A stretch of DNA of 32,000 nucleotides from Mucisphaera calidilacus (GCF_007748075.1 NZ_CP036280.1:2760001-2792000); one strand, 5' to 3'; positions 24,137 to 32,000 are shown, counted from the stretch's first letter. Numbers and translations are program-made. Notes: generated from the letters alone by a model not told the origin.

Positions 24137-25831
24137 ATGCGTGTAGCCCTTGCCCAAATCAATCCGACCGTCGGCGACATCGCGGGCAACCATGCCCTGA
24201 TCGCCGGTGCGATCGACGAGGCTCGCCGATCGTCCGCTGATCTTCTGGTGCTTCCTGAGTTGGCCGTGTGCGGTTATCCGCCCAAGGACCTTCTGCTGAA
24301 GCCCGATCTGATCGACGGTTGTGCCGAGGCCGTCGCGGACCTGGCCTCCCGTTGCCAGGGTCTCACAGCCGTCATCGGCTATCCGACCCCATCTCCTGCT
24401 CCGATGGGTGCGCCGCTTTACAACGCGGCGGCGGTCTGTGCGGATGGCGCGGTCCAAGCGACGGTTATCAAGACGTTGTTGCCGACATACGACGTGTTCG
24501 ATGAACGCCGTTACTTCGAGCCGGGTGAGCGTCCGATAACCGTTCCTTGTGGCGACCATCGTCTGGGAATCACGATCTGCGAGGACCTGTGGAACGAGGA
24601 GGCGTTGTTCGAGCGGAGGTTGTACGTCGAGGAGCCGGCGGCTCATCTGGCGGGTTTGGGTGCGTCGCTGCTGATCAACACGGCGGCTTCGCCTTTCACG
24701 CGGGACAAGCAGGATTTTCGGCTGAAGCTGATGGCGCATGTGGCCAAGCGGCATGGCCTGCCGCTGGTCTATGTGAATCAGGTGGGTGGGAATGACGAGT
24801 TGGTCTTTGATGGTGGGTCGTGCGTGGTCAACGGGCGGGGCGAGGTGATCGCGCACGCGGCGGGGTTTGCGGAGGACTTTCTGGTGGTCGATCTTGACGC
24901 GCCAGCCGCAGCGGCGGAGCCGGCGTATCCGCGTGGGATCGCGGGCGTGTATCACGCGCTGGTGCTCGGGCTGCGGGACTATTGCCGCAAGTGCGGGTTC
25001 ACGTCGGTGGTGCTGGGGTTGTCGGGTGGGATTGACTCGGCGTTGTCGGCGGCGATCTGCGTAGACGCGTTGGGCCCGGAGCGTGTGACGGGGGTGACGA
25101 TGCCCTCGCGTTACTCGTCGTCGGGTTCGGTGGATGATGCCGAGGAACTGGCCGTGCGGATGGGGATCACGTTCCACCGGATCCCGATTGAGGGGCCGCA
25201 CGGTGCTTTCGAGGGGGCGTTGTCGGAGGTGTTCGCGGGCTTGGAGCCGGACGTGACGGAGGAGAATGTTCAGGCGCGGATCCGGGGGACGCTGCTGATG
25301 GCGATCTCGAACAAGACCGGGAGCATGCTGGTGACAACGGGGAACAAGAGCGAGTTGGCGGTGGGTTACTGCACGCTCTACGGCGACATGGCGGGCGGCC
25401 TGGCGGTGCTCTCAGACCTGCCCAAGACGCAGGTCTACGAGATGGCGCGTTGGATCAACAGCGGGCCGGACTCGCCTTTGCTGGAGCGATTCGGCGGGCC
25501 GGTGATCCCGGAAGCGACGATCAGCAAGCCCCCTTCTGCGGAGCTTCGGCCGGATCAGGTGGATCAGGACTCGCTTCCGCCTTATGACGTTCTGGACGCG
25601 ATCATCGAGCGTTATGTCGAGCGTGAGCAGCCGGTGAGCGTGATTGTGGCGGAAACGGGTTTTGATGCGGAGATGGTGGCGCGTTTCGCGGGTCTGATCG
25701 ACCGCAACGAATACAAGCGGAAGCAGGCGGCACCGGGGCTGAAGGTGACGGGCCGTGCGTTTGGTTTCGGGCGTCGGGTGCCGATTGCGCAGCGGTATCG
25801 CAGCCGGGTGGTGGAGGCGGTTGGTGAGTGA
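24137..25831 (+). CDS. nadE: Glutamine-dependent NAD+ synthetase
   Basis: The N-terminal CN-hydrolase domain has 'MRVALAQINP', 'LLVLPELAVCGYPP' and 'ITICEDLW'. The C-terminal synthetase domain has 'GLSGGIDSAL', 'TGNKSELAVGYCTLYGD' and 'EYKRKQ'. ATG at 24137; the GTG at 24122 is an alternative. Confidence 0.95.
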   Translation: MRVALAQINPTVGDIAGNHALIAGAIDEARRSSADLLVLPELAVCGYPPKDLLLKPDLIDGCAEAVADLASRCQGLTAVIGYPTPSPAPMGAPLYNAAAVCADGAVQATVIKTLLPTYDVFDERRYFEPGERPITVPCGDHRLGITICEDLWNEEALFERRLYVEEPAAHLAGLGASLLINTAASPFTRDKQDFRLKLMAHVAKRHGLPLVYVNQVGGNDELVFDGGSCVVNGRGEVIAHAAGFAEDFLVVDLDAPAAAAEPAYPRGIAGVYHALVLGLRDYCRKCGFTSVVLGLSGGIDSALSAAICVDALGPERVTGVTMPSRYSSSGSVDDAEELAVRMGITFHRIPIEGPHGAFEGALSEVFAGLEPDVTEENVQARIRGTLLMAISNKTGSMLVTTGNKSELAVGYCTLYGDMAGGLAVLSDLPKTQVYEMARWINSGPDSPLLERFGGPVIPEATISKPPSAELRPDQVDQDSLPPYDVLDAIIERYVEREQPVSVIVAETGFDAEMVARFAGLIDRNEYKRKQAAPGLKVTGRAFGFGRRVPIAQRYRSRVVEAVGE

Positions 25832-25940
25832 GCGGATCGTCTGGAAGCTGCGTTATCGCGGGTGAACGAGCGATCGGTCGAGGGTCTCAAGAGGCTGGCT
25901 CATTGAGTCGCGTTCTCTCAGCCGAAATTGCTGACGATGT

Positions 25941-27350
25941 TTACGCCGAGTCGCCTTCCACCAGGTTTGCCAGGGTTCGGTCGCCGAGGGCGTCGAGCTG
26001 GCCGCGCATCAGTTTTTCCATCTCGGGGAGTTCGACCTTGAGGGGTGAGTCTTTGTGGGCGCGTTCGATCATGGTGCTGAGCGGGATGGCGGTGGGCGGT
26101 CGTGTCAGGGCCCAGCCGCCGGTCTCCCAGCGTTTGCCCTCGACGTAGCGGATGAGGTTCCAGTTTTCGAGGCGTGCGAGCAGGCCGTCGGCGGTGGCCA
26201 TGTTGATGCCGAGTTCCTGGCTGACGGTGCCGGTGGTGACGACGCCGCCCTGTGCGAAGGCGCGCCCGACAACGGCGGCGACGGCGACGAGGGCGGCACC
26301 GGTGAGGAGCACGGGGCCGTCGTCTTCCTCGAGGGTGAAGGTCTTGGGCAGGCCTTCGGAGGGCATGGTCTGGAGGGTGTAGGCGACCTCGAGGCCGAAG
26401 AGGACGATCAGCCAGAGGATCCAGAGGTACATGAGCGAGAGGGGCAGAAGGGCGAGAGCGCCGTAGAGCGAGGAGCCGCCGGCCTGCGAGACGTAGAGGC
26501 CGTACAGCTCACCGGCGGCGACCCAGCCGAGGGCGGTGATGAAGCCGCCGACGACGGCGTAGCGGACGCGGACGCGGGTGTTGGGCAGGAGCAGGAAAGT
26601 AAAGCTCATAACGCCCCAGGTGGTGAGCAGCGGCGAGAGCACAACCATGGGTCTGGCGAGCCAGTTGGTCCATGAGCCGGCGTCGATGAGTCCGATGAAC
26701 CAGGACTGCATGACCTGACCGGCGAGGATGATCAGCGGCGCGAGGGAGATGACGAAGTAGTAGTAGACCATGCGCAGGTACCAGGGCCGGTCGGACTGCG
26801 CCTTGTAGACGAGGTTGAAGCTGGATTCAATGGTGGCGAGTAGACCGGTGGCGCCGTAGATGAAGACGAGTAATCCGATGACGCCGATGCCCGAGAGATT
26901 GACCGCCTCGAGCTGGTGGAGCAGGGATTCGAGGTTTTCGTTGAGTGCGGCGCGGGCCTGCTCGAACTCCTGCTGGCGTGTGAGCTCGTCCTCGATCTGC
27001 TGCTGGGGTGTTTTGGGCTCGGTGGTGATGATGACCTGGTTTTCGGGGAGCTCGATCCACTCGAGGGCCCAGTTGACGGTCTGCTCCTTGAAGCGTGCTC
27101 GGTCGGCCTCGCTGACGAAGACACTGCTGACGACGAGCATGAGGACGAGCGTGGGCAGGAGGCTGAAGAGGGTGTGGTAGGTGAGGGCCGCGGCCATGGT
27201 GCCGGCGCGGTCGCGTCGCATCTCGAGGGCGCAGTACTCGGCGAAGACGATCATGGAGCGCAGGGAGCGCTGGAAGAGGGAGAGTTCGGCGACGGGCTGG
27301 GTGAGGAGTCGTCGCACGCGTTCGGTGATGAGTTTGAGCCACTGCTGCAT
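25941..27350 (-). CDS. YihY/BrkB-family inner-membrane protein with ~140 aa C-terminal winged-helix-like (Rrf2-like) extension
   Basis: YihY hallmark 'RAGTMAAALTYHTLFSLLPTLVLM', then 5-6 further TM helices. The tail 'VSQELGINMATADGLLARLENWNLIRYVEGKRWETGGWALTRPPTAIPLSTMIERA' resembles the Rrf2-type wHTH pattern (...G-G-[YW]-x-L-x-R-x-x-x-x-I-x-L...). Confidence 0.8.
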   Translation of the reverse strand: MQQWLKLITERVRRLLTQPVAELSLFQRSLRSMIVFAEYCALEMRRDRAGTMAAALTYHTLFSLLPTLVLMLVVSSVFVSEADRARFKEQTVNWALEWIELPENQVIITTEPKTPQQQIEDELTRQQEFEQARAALNENLESLLHQLEAVNLSGIGVIGLLVFIYGATGLLATIESSFNLVYKAQSDRPWYLRMVYYYFVISLAPLIILAGQVMQSWFIGLIDAGSWTNWLARPMVVLSPLLTTWGVMSFTFLLLPNTRVRVRYAVVGGFITALGWVAAGELYGLYVSQAGGSSLYGALALLPLSLMYLWILWLIVLFGLEVAYTLQTMPSEGLPKTFTLEEDDGPVLLTGAALVAVAAVVGRAFAQGGVVTTGTVSQELGINMATADGLLARLENWNLIRYVEGKRWETGGWALTRPPTAIPLSTMIERAHKDSPLKVELPEMEKLMRGQLDALGDRTLANLVEGDSA

Positions 27351-27375
27351 GGCGTGGTCCTGTGGTGGTGATCGA

Positions 27376-27609
27376 TCAGGGAGGATCGTACCCCGCCCCG
27401 CCCCAGGGGTGGCATCGGGCGATACGTCGGATGCCGAGCATGAGTCCGCGGCAGGGCCCGTGCTTGTGGACGGCCTCGATCATGTACTGGCTGCAGGTCG
27501 GGACGAAGCGGCACTGCCCGCCCATGACGTTGCCGAGGGTCGCGCGGTAGAGCATGACAAGCCCGACGATGAGGTGCGTGGCGAGTGAGGCGAGGAAGCG
27601 GCCGATCAT
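27376..27609 (-). CDS. yidD: Membrane protein insertion efficiency factor YidD
   Basis: 'CRFVPTCSQYMIEAV' and 'RIARCHPWGGAGYDPP' are the YidD signature. The ATG at 27609 overlaps the rnpA stop (ATGA). Confidence 0.9.
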   Translation of the reverse strand: MIGRFLASLATHLIVGLVMLYRATLGNVMGGQCRFVPTCSQYMIEAVHKHGPCRGLMLGIRRIARCHPWGGAGYDPP

Positions 27610-28007
27610 GATTGGTTCTCCGCCTTGCGTGACCGCCGCTGCCACTCGAGGTCGAGGGCGCGGACGGCGGAGGTCAGGAGCCGCTGGTAGTCGGCGAGGG
27701 CGAGGGTTTCATGGGGCTTGACGATGACGACCCAGTCGTAGCCGGAGGGCCAGTCGTGCTGTTTGAGTCGGAAGGCCTCGCGGAGCAGGCGTTTGACGCG
27801 GTTGCGTGTGACGGCGTTGCCGACCTTGCGTCCGACGGAGAGGCCGAGTCTGGATTCGGCGAGGGCGTTGGGTCGTGCGAGGACGGTCAGCGGCCCGGCG
27901 TGCTTGCGGGCGCGGGCTCGGTGGACGGCCTGGAAGGAGGAGGAGCCGTGGAGTCGGTGTCGGTGTCGGAAGGTGAAGCGTCGGCTGGCGGGTTCGGGTG
28001 GCTGCAC
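27606..28007 (-). CDS. rnpA: Ribonuclease P protein component
   Basis: RNR motif region 'RLGLSVGRKVGNAVTRNRVKRLLREAFR'. Basic, ~130 aa. Directly upstream of yidD as in most bacteria. GTG start at 28007. Confidence 0.85.
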   Translation of the reverse strand: MQPPEPASRRFTFRHRHRLHGSSSFQAVHRARARKHAGPLTVLARPNALAESRLGLSVGRKVGNAVTRNRVKRLLREAFRLKQHDWPSGYDWVVIVKPHETLALADYQRLLTSAVRALDLEWQRRSRKAENQS

Positions 28008-28016
28008 CGCATCAGC

Positions 28017-29858
28017 CTATCCGCGTTCGGCGAGGGCGCGGTGGTAGGTGCGCATGAGTCGGCTGCGTGTGATCATGCCGGTGACCTTGTCGCCCTCGAG
28101 GACGGCGAGGCTGGCGACGTCGTGGTCGGAGAACTTGTCCATGACGGCGTCGAGTGATTCTTCGGGTCGGACGGTGGGCAGGTCGTTGCGCATGAGTTCA
28201 GCGACGACCATGAGGGGGATGGCCTCGCGTTCGACGAGCGACATGCGAAGGTCTTCGCCGACGACCATGCCGGCGTAGCCGCCCTCGGCGGAGCGGACGA
28301 CGAAGTCGGAGGCGTGGTGTTCGCCGGTGAGGCCGATGAGTCGCTCGGCGGGGTCGGCGGGGTAGATGGAGACGCAGGGCAGGAGGGGGACGTCGGCGAC
28401 GGTGAGGTGGCGGAGGAGGGTCATGTCGGAGCGTGTGCCGAGGTTGATGCCACGCGAGCGGAGCCAGGCGGTGTAGATCGAGTCGGGGACCATGAGTTGG
28501 GAGACGACGAGCGAGAGGATGGCGACGGTCATCATGGGGAGGATGACGGCGTAGTCGCGTGTGATCTCGAAGACGAGGAGGGTGGCGGTGAGGGGTGCGT
28601 GGATGACGGCGGCGATGGTGCCGGCCATGCCGGCAAGGGCGTAGGTGGCGGGGGTGGTGCCGGGGAGGAGCCCGAAGCCGTCGAGCATGAGGGCGAAGCC
28701 CCCGCCGAGGGTGGCTCCGAGGAAGAGGCTGGGCGCGATGATGCCGCCGGAGCCGCCGGAGCAGATCGTGAGCATGGTGCCGAGGATCTTGAAGGCGAGG
28801 GTGATGAACAGGAGCCACCACGCGGCCTGCATGATCGGGCCGGAGGCGGTCTGGTCGGTCATGTCCTGGTAGGACTCGGGGTTGAGCAGGGATTCGATGA
28901 CGGGGTAGCCGTTGCCGAAGAAGAGGGGTGCGAGGTGCCCCTGCATGGGGTAGGAGAAGGCGTAGACGAAGATGACGCCGAGGACGCCGAGCATGAGTCC
29001 GCCGGCGGCGGGTCGGAGGAAACGTGGTCCGGGTGCGTGCTGCCACCACCGTTCGCCGTGGCGCATCATGACGGCGAATCCGACGCCAAGGAGTCCGCAG
29101 AGGATGCCCAGGGCGATGTAGGCGGGCATTTCCTGGAAGAGGAAACGGTGGTCGAGTTCGAGGAGTGCTGCGGGGAGGCTGAAGACGGCGGTGTTGTCGG
29201 CGTGGAAGGTCTGTGAGATGGCGGTGCCGAAGACGCTGGCGATCACGATGGGGGTGAAGGTTCGGAAGGAGAAGTCGCGGAGCATGACTTCGAGGACGAA
29301 GAGGACGCCGGCGATGGGAGCGTTGAAGATGGCGGCGGTGCCGGCGGCGGCGCCGCAGCCGACGAGGGTGGACATGTGTTCGCGGCCGACGCGCAGGAGT
29401 TGTCCGACCTGTGATCCGAGGACCGAGCCGATCTGGATGATGGGTCCCTCGACGCCTGCCGAGCCGCCGGAGCCGAGGGTTCCTGCGGCGGTGAAGGCCT
29501 TGAAGTAGCCCATGGAGGCGGGCATTCGGCCCTGATCCTTGGCGAGGGCCTTGACGACCTCGGGGACGCCGTGGCTGGGCCCCTGCCGGCTGATGAATTC
29601 CTGGATGATGCCGACGACGAGTCCGCCGAGCGCCGGGAGGAAGAGGACGATGATCCACTTGGTGCCGCGTTCGCCCATCTCTGCGATGGTTTCGAAGAGC
29701 GAGTGTTTGGAGAGGTGGACGAGCCAGTCGAAGCCGAGGGCGACGAGTCCGCCGAGGGTTCCGACGATGGCGGCCATGGGGATCAGGAGCCAGTCGCGGT
29801 CGAAGCCCGCGGCGCGGAGCCAGCGGTCCAGGCGTGCTCGTAGTTGGCCGTCACTCAC
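28017..29858 (-). CDS. ClC-family chloride channel/antiporter with C-terminal CBS-domain pair
   Basis: ClC selectivity and gating blocks 'GSGGSAGVEGP', 'GCGAAAGTAAIFNAPIAGVLFVLE' and 'GGIIAPSLFLGATLGG'. The C-terminal ~140 aa have two CBS-like repeats ('HHASDFVVRSAEGGYAGMVV', 'HDVASLAVLEGDKVTGMITR'). GTG start. Confidence 0.9.
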   Translation of the reverse strand: MSDGQLRARLDRWLRAAGFDRDWLLIPMAAIVGTLGGLVALGFDWLVHLSKHSLFETIAEMGERGTKWIIVLFLPALGGLVVGIIQEFISRQGPSHGVPEVVKALAKDQGRMPASMGYFKAFTAAGTLGSGGSAGVEGPIIQIGSVLGSQVGQLLRVGREHMSTLVGCGAAAGTAAIFNAPIAGVLFVLEVMLRDFSFRTFTPIVIASVFGTAISQTFHADNTAVFSLPAALLELDHRFLFQEMPAYIALGILCGLLGVGFAVMMRHGERWWQHAPGPRFLRPAAGGLMLGVLGVIFVYAFSYPMQGHLAPLFFGNGYPVIESLLNPESYQDMTDQTASGPIMQAAWWLLFITLAFKILGTMLTICSGGSGGIIAPSLFLGATLGGGFALMLDGFGLLPGTTPATYALAGMAGTIAAVIHAPLTATLLVFEITRDYAVILPMMTVAILSLVVSQLMVPDSIYTAWLRSRGINLGTRSDMTLLRHLTVADVPLLPCVSIYPADPAERLIGLTGEHHASDFVVRSAEGGYAGMVVGEDLRMSLVEREAIPLMVVAELMRNDLPTVRPEESLDAVMDKFSDHDVASLAVLEGDKVTGMITRSRLMRTYHRALAERG

Positions 29859-29899
29859 GCGGGCGAGTGTAACGACTCAGACCACTGCTGCTGTTTGAT

Positions 29900-30712
29900 T
29901 CAGGTGCGGACCTTGCGTCCGAGTCCGAAGCCCATGGCGGCGCCGGCGACGCCAGCGGAGGCGTAGTAGATGGGGAGCATGAGGGCGAGTCCGGTGAGTC
30001 GGCCCTCGAACCAGGAGCGTTCGAGCATGATGTCGCTGGTGAAGCTCATCCAGACGGCGAGGTAGGTGCCCAGCGCGACGACGAGGGGGCTGAGGATGAG
30101 GCCCCAGGGCCGCGTGGAGGGGACGCTGGAGCGAGCGACCATGCCGCCGAGCATGAATCCGAGCGTGAGGGCGCCGACGACCTGTCCGGGGTCGGTGGAT
30201 TTGGCGAGGAGGTTGGCGGTGACGGCGCCGACGACGGCGCAGATGGCGCCGGCGGAGAGCGTGCCGCCGACCGAGCCGTGCGGCCGTGCGGTGGGCTTGC
30301 GGACGGCGTTGTGGAGGATGCCGGCGAGGAGCATCATGACGGACCAGAGGAAGATCCAGCCGAGGGTTTCGATGGCGAGGTCGATGAAGACCTGCTTGAG
30401 AGGGTTGGCGCGGAAGAGCAGGCCGTCGATGGGTCCGCCGTACCAGGCGAAGACGCCGAGGCTGGCGGCGAGGGTGAAGGCCCCGGTGGCGACGCAGGCC
30501 CACATGGAGATGCCGAGGGCCGCGAGGAGCGCGGGCAGGGCGCAGACGGTGAGGGCGAGGGAGGCGGCGAGGATGCCGCCCTGGGCGTCCATGACGGAGA
30601 TGCCTGACCAGCCGCCCTCGGGCAACGCGGGGGAGCCTCCCCAGATCAGGATGAGCCCGCAGAAGGTGATGGCGACGAGCATCACCAGGCGTTGTAGAAC
30701 AGTTGGCAGCAC
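29900..30712 (-). CDS. Polytopic (about 8 TM) membrane protein, no family recognised
   Basis: It has uninterrupted hydrophobic helices and G/A/L-rich, GC3-biased codon usage consistent with real coding. It is on the same strand as its neighbours. The start is uncertain (GTG at 30712 or ATG at 30682). Confidence 0.5.
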   Translation of the reverse strand: MLPTVLQRLVMLVAITFCGLILIWGGSPALPEGGWSGISVMDAQGGILAASLALTVCALPALLAALGISMWACVATGAFTLAASLGVFAWYGGPIDGLLFRANPLKQVFIDLAIETLGWIFLWSVMMLLAGILHNAVRKPTARPHGSVGGTLSAGAICAVVGAVTANLLAKSTDPGQVVGALTLGFMLGGMVARSSVPSTRPWGLILSPLVVALGTYLAVWMSFTSDIMLERSWFEGRLTGLALMLPIYYASAGVAGAAMGFGLGRKVRT

Positions 30713-30753
30713 GAAAACCCCTAACAGGCCTGAGAGGCCGACAGACTAAGCGT

Positions 30754-31770
30754 TCACCGATCGGAGAGCCAGTCCGCGAGGTCTTCGGCGGCGTAGGTGA
30801 CGATGAGGTCGGCGCCGGCGCGTCGGATGGCGGTGGCGATCTCGATGTGGGCTTCTCGTCGGTCGATCCAGCCGTTGCGGGCGGCGGCTTCGACCATGCC
30901 GTACTCGCCTGAGACGTGATAGGCGGCGACGGGGAGGTCGGTTTCGGCGCGGACGGCGGCGACGACGTCGAGGTAGTGGCCGGCGGGCTTGACCATGACC
31001 ATATCGGCGCCCTGTTCGAGGTCGAGTCGGAGTTCGGTGCGCCACTCACGGCTGTGGCGGGGGTCCATCTGGTAGCCGCGGCGGTGTCCGAAGCTCATGG
31101 AGCCTCCGCCTGCGTCACGGAAGGGCCCGTAGAGCGAGGAGGCGTACTTGACGGCGTAGCTGAGGATGGGGACCTCGTGATGGCCGGCATCGTCGAGGGC
31201 GGCGCGGATGGCGGCGACCTGACCGTCCATCATGCCGGAGGGCGCGACGATGTCGGCGCCGACTTGGGCCTGGGCGACGGCGATGGTGGCGAGGCGTTCG
31301 AGGGCGGCGTCGTTGTCGACGGGCTGGAATCCGTCGGGTCCGGGCTGGTCGCAGAGCGGCCCGCAGTGGCCGTGGTCGGTGTACTCGCAGAGGCAGAGGT
31401 CGGCGATCATCAGCGCGTCGAGGCCGGCGTCGCGGGCGGCGCGGAGGGTCTTGAGGACGGGTGATGCGGGGTTTTCGGCGTCGTTGCCGAGGGCGTTCTT
31501 GCGGCCTTGCGGGGTGACCCCAAAGAGCAGGAACGAGCGTAAGCCCTTGCCGATCAACCGCTTTATCTCGGCAATGGCGTCGTCGACGGGCCACTGGCGG
31601 ACGCCTGGCATGGCGTCGATGGTCTGCGGCCGGTCGATCTCGGCGACGAAGAGCGGGAGGATGAGGTTGGCGGGGTGGAGGCGGACGTCGGCGACGAGGT
31701 CGCGGAGGGTCTGGGAGCGTCGGAGTCGGCGTGGGCGGTGAATCAGATTCCGGCGGGAGTCCTGCGGCAT
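30754..31770 (-). CDS. hemB: Porphobilinogen synthase (delta-aminolevulinate dehydratase), Zn-type
   Basis: 'RPRRLRRSQTLRDLV', 'LILPLFV'. Cys-rich Zn site 'DLCLCEYTDHGHCG'. 'PSGMMDG'. Schiff-base lysines in 'SYAVKYAS' and 'MVKPA'. ATG at 31770; the track's upstream start at 31797 is less likely. Confidence 0.95.
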   Translation of the reverse strand: MPQDSRRNLIHRPRRLRRSQTLRDLVADVRLHPANLILPLFVAEIDRPQTIDAMPGVRQWPVDDAIAEIKRLIGKGLRSFLLFGVTPQGRKNALGNDAENPASPVLKTLRAARDAGLDALMIADLCLCEYTDHGHCGPLCDQPGPDGFQPVDNDAALERLATIAVAQAQVGADIVAPSGMMDGQVAAIRAALDDAGHHEVPILSYAVKYASSLYGPFRDAGGGSMSFGHRRGYQMDPRHSREWRTELRLDLEQGADMVMVKPAGHYLDVVAAVRAETDLPVAAYHVSGEYGMVEAAARNGWIDRREAHIEIATAIRRAGADLIVTYAAEDLADWLSDR

Positions 31771-31825
31771 GGCGGAGAGTTTAGCCCCAATCTGCACGAT
31801 CCGGTCGCCCGGAGGCCCTCTTGGC

Positions 31826-31854
31826 TTGACACCCCCCTCGGGAGGGGCTTCAAT
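31826..31854 (+). promoter_or_regulatory. Sigma70-like promoter candidate: TTGACA - 17 nt - TTCAAT
   Basis: A perfect -35 hexamer lies at 31826-31831. The 17-nt GC-rich spacer contains the palindrome CCCCTC-gg-GAGGGG. The -10-like TTCAAT lies at 31849-31854. It faces away from hemB toward the window edge. The promoter consensus for this lineage is not known to me. Confidence 0.25.
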
Positions 31855-31863
31855 AGTGGATGT

Positions 31864-31898
31864 AGGGAGAGGGATTTATCTGATCATTCCCTCTTCTT
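31864..31898 (+). other. Predicted RNA/DNA hairpin (about 10-11 bp stem including G-U pairs, 13-nt AT-rich loop)
   Basis: AGAGGGA (31868-31874) pairs with TCCCTCT (31888-31894). The stem is extendable by G31867-T31895, G31866-C31896, G31865-T31897 and A31864-T31898. The loop 'tttatctgatcat' contains TGATCA. Confidence 0.3.
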
Positions 31899-31912
31899 CT
31901 GCCTCGTGGTAT

Positions 31913-31931
31913 CGGATGAGAGGTTCATCCG
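31913..31931 (+). other. Predicted hairpin CGGATGA-gaggt-TCATCCG
   Basis: A perfect 7-bp inverted repeat at 31913-31919 / 31925-31931 with a 5-nt loop. It is flanked by a GGTATC (31908-31913) / GATACC (31986-31991) long-range complement. An alternative pairing is GATGAG (31915-31920) with CTCATC (31971-31976). Confidence 0.3.
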
Positions 31932-32000
31932 CACGAGTCGCTGGTGATCGTCGAGGTTCAGACACCCGTTCTCATCATGCCCTCTGATACCGGTCGCACG

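Noticed and set aside
24017-25201. A 394-aa minus-strand ORF antisense to nadE, plus 28198-29658 and 29877-31049 alternative-frame ORFs over the ClC, membrane-protein and hemB genes
   Set aside because: These are Arg/His/Pro-rich shadow ORFs, and nadE, ClC and hemB are unambiguous.
25832-25940. Looked for a bidirectional intrinsic terminator in the 109-nt nadE/yihY convergent gap
   Set aside because: Only short 3-4 bp self-complementary stretches (e.g. GCGttatCGC, TGAG...CTCA) are present, with no G/C-rich stem followed by a T-run on either strand.
28008-28120. Searched for rpmH (ribosomal protein L34) immediately upstream of rnpA
   Set aside because: The region is the 3' end of the ClC gene (CBS domain). 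No short Arg/Lys-rich L34-like ORF is present on the minus strand.
29859-29899. Possible fluoride riboswitch upstream of the ClC gene
   Set aside because: The gap is only 41 nt and lacks the crcB-motif elements. The channel also has C-terminal CBS domains and canonical 'GSGGSAGVEGP', which fits ordinary ClC rather than the short ClC-F fluoride exporters.
1-32000. Scan for tRNA/rRNA genes, CRISPR repeats, IS elements, integrases, toxin-antitoxin pairs or defence-system hallmarks
   Set aside because: None were recognised. Non-coding space totals only a few percent and consists of short gaps. No direct repeat arrays, terminal inverted repeats or transposase/recombinase motifs were seen in any frame. 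A by-eye scan cannot exclude diverged short repeats.

Overview
This is a GC-rich, very densely packed 32 kb window; third codon positions are almost all G/C. I call 29 protein-coding genes and found no rRNA, tRNA, CRISPR array, transposase, integrase or phage-like gene. All calls rest on motif recognition in the supplied translations, since no searches could be run. The content is core housekeeping and envelope biology. It starts with a 5'-truncated TgpA-type transglutaminase-like membrane protein. A tightly packed plus-strand run follows: GT2 glycosyltransferase, LAB_N membrane protein, thiE, znuA, znuC, znuB. A minus-strand envelope operon follows: TlpA-like thioredoxin lipoprotein, LptD-like outer-membrane protein, PpiD/SurA-like chaperone and a small zinc-ribbon membrane protein. 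Next come thiS-thiG, two tandem secreted cyclophilins (the second carries dockerin-like repeats and a PEP-CTERM tail), a SAM methyltransferase and a SASA-family sialate O-acetylesterase. The remaining genes are tmk, a second SAM methyltransferase, a minus-strand TPR lipoprotein / THUMP-like methyltransferase / orphan KAS-like trio, nadE, a YihY/BrkB protein with a wHTH-like tail, yidD, rnpA, a ClC channel with CBS domains, an unknown polytopic membrane protein and hemB. The PEP-CTERM plus dockerin architecture, LAB_N pairing and weak operon logic suggest a PVC-group organism, possibly Planctomycetota; this is a low-confidence inference. I do not see a convincing discrete novel multi-gene system such as a defence island, mobile element or biosynthetic cluster, and the window looks like an ordinary core region. 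The best leads are modest. They are the TPR / THUMP-like MTase / orphan KAS operon, the surface-anchored cyclophilin, an AT-rich perfect palindrome over the znuA start, the YihY-wHTH fusion beside a rearranged rnpA-yidD locus, and a promoter-like element with a structured leader at the 3' edge. The many very long R/P/H-rich or G/A/E/V-rich ORFs in the track are shadow ORFs caused by GC3 bias and are rejected.
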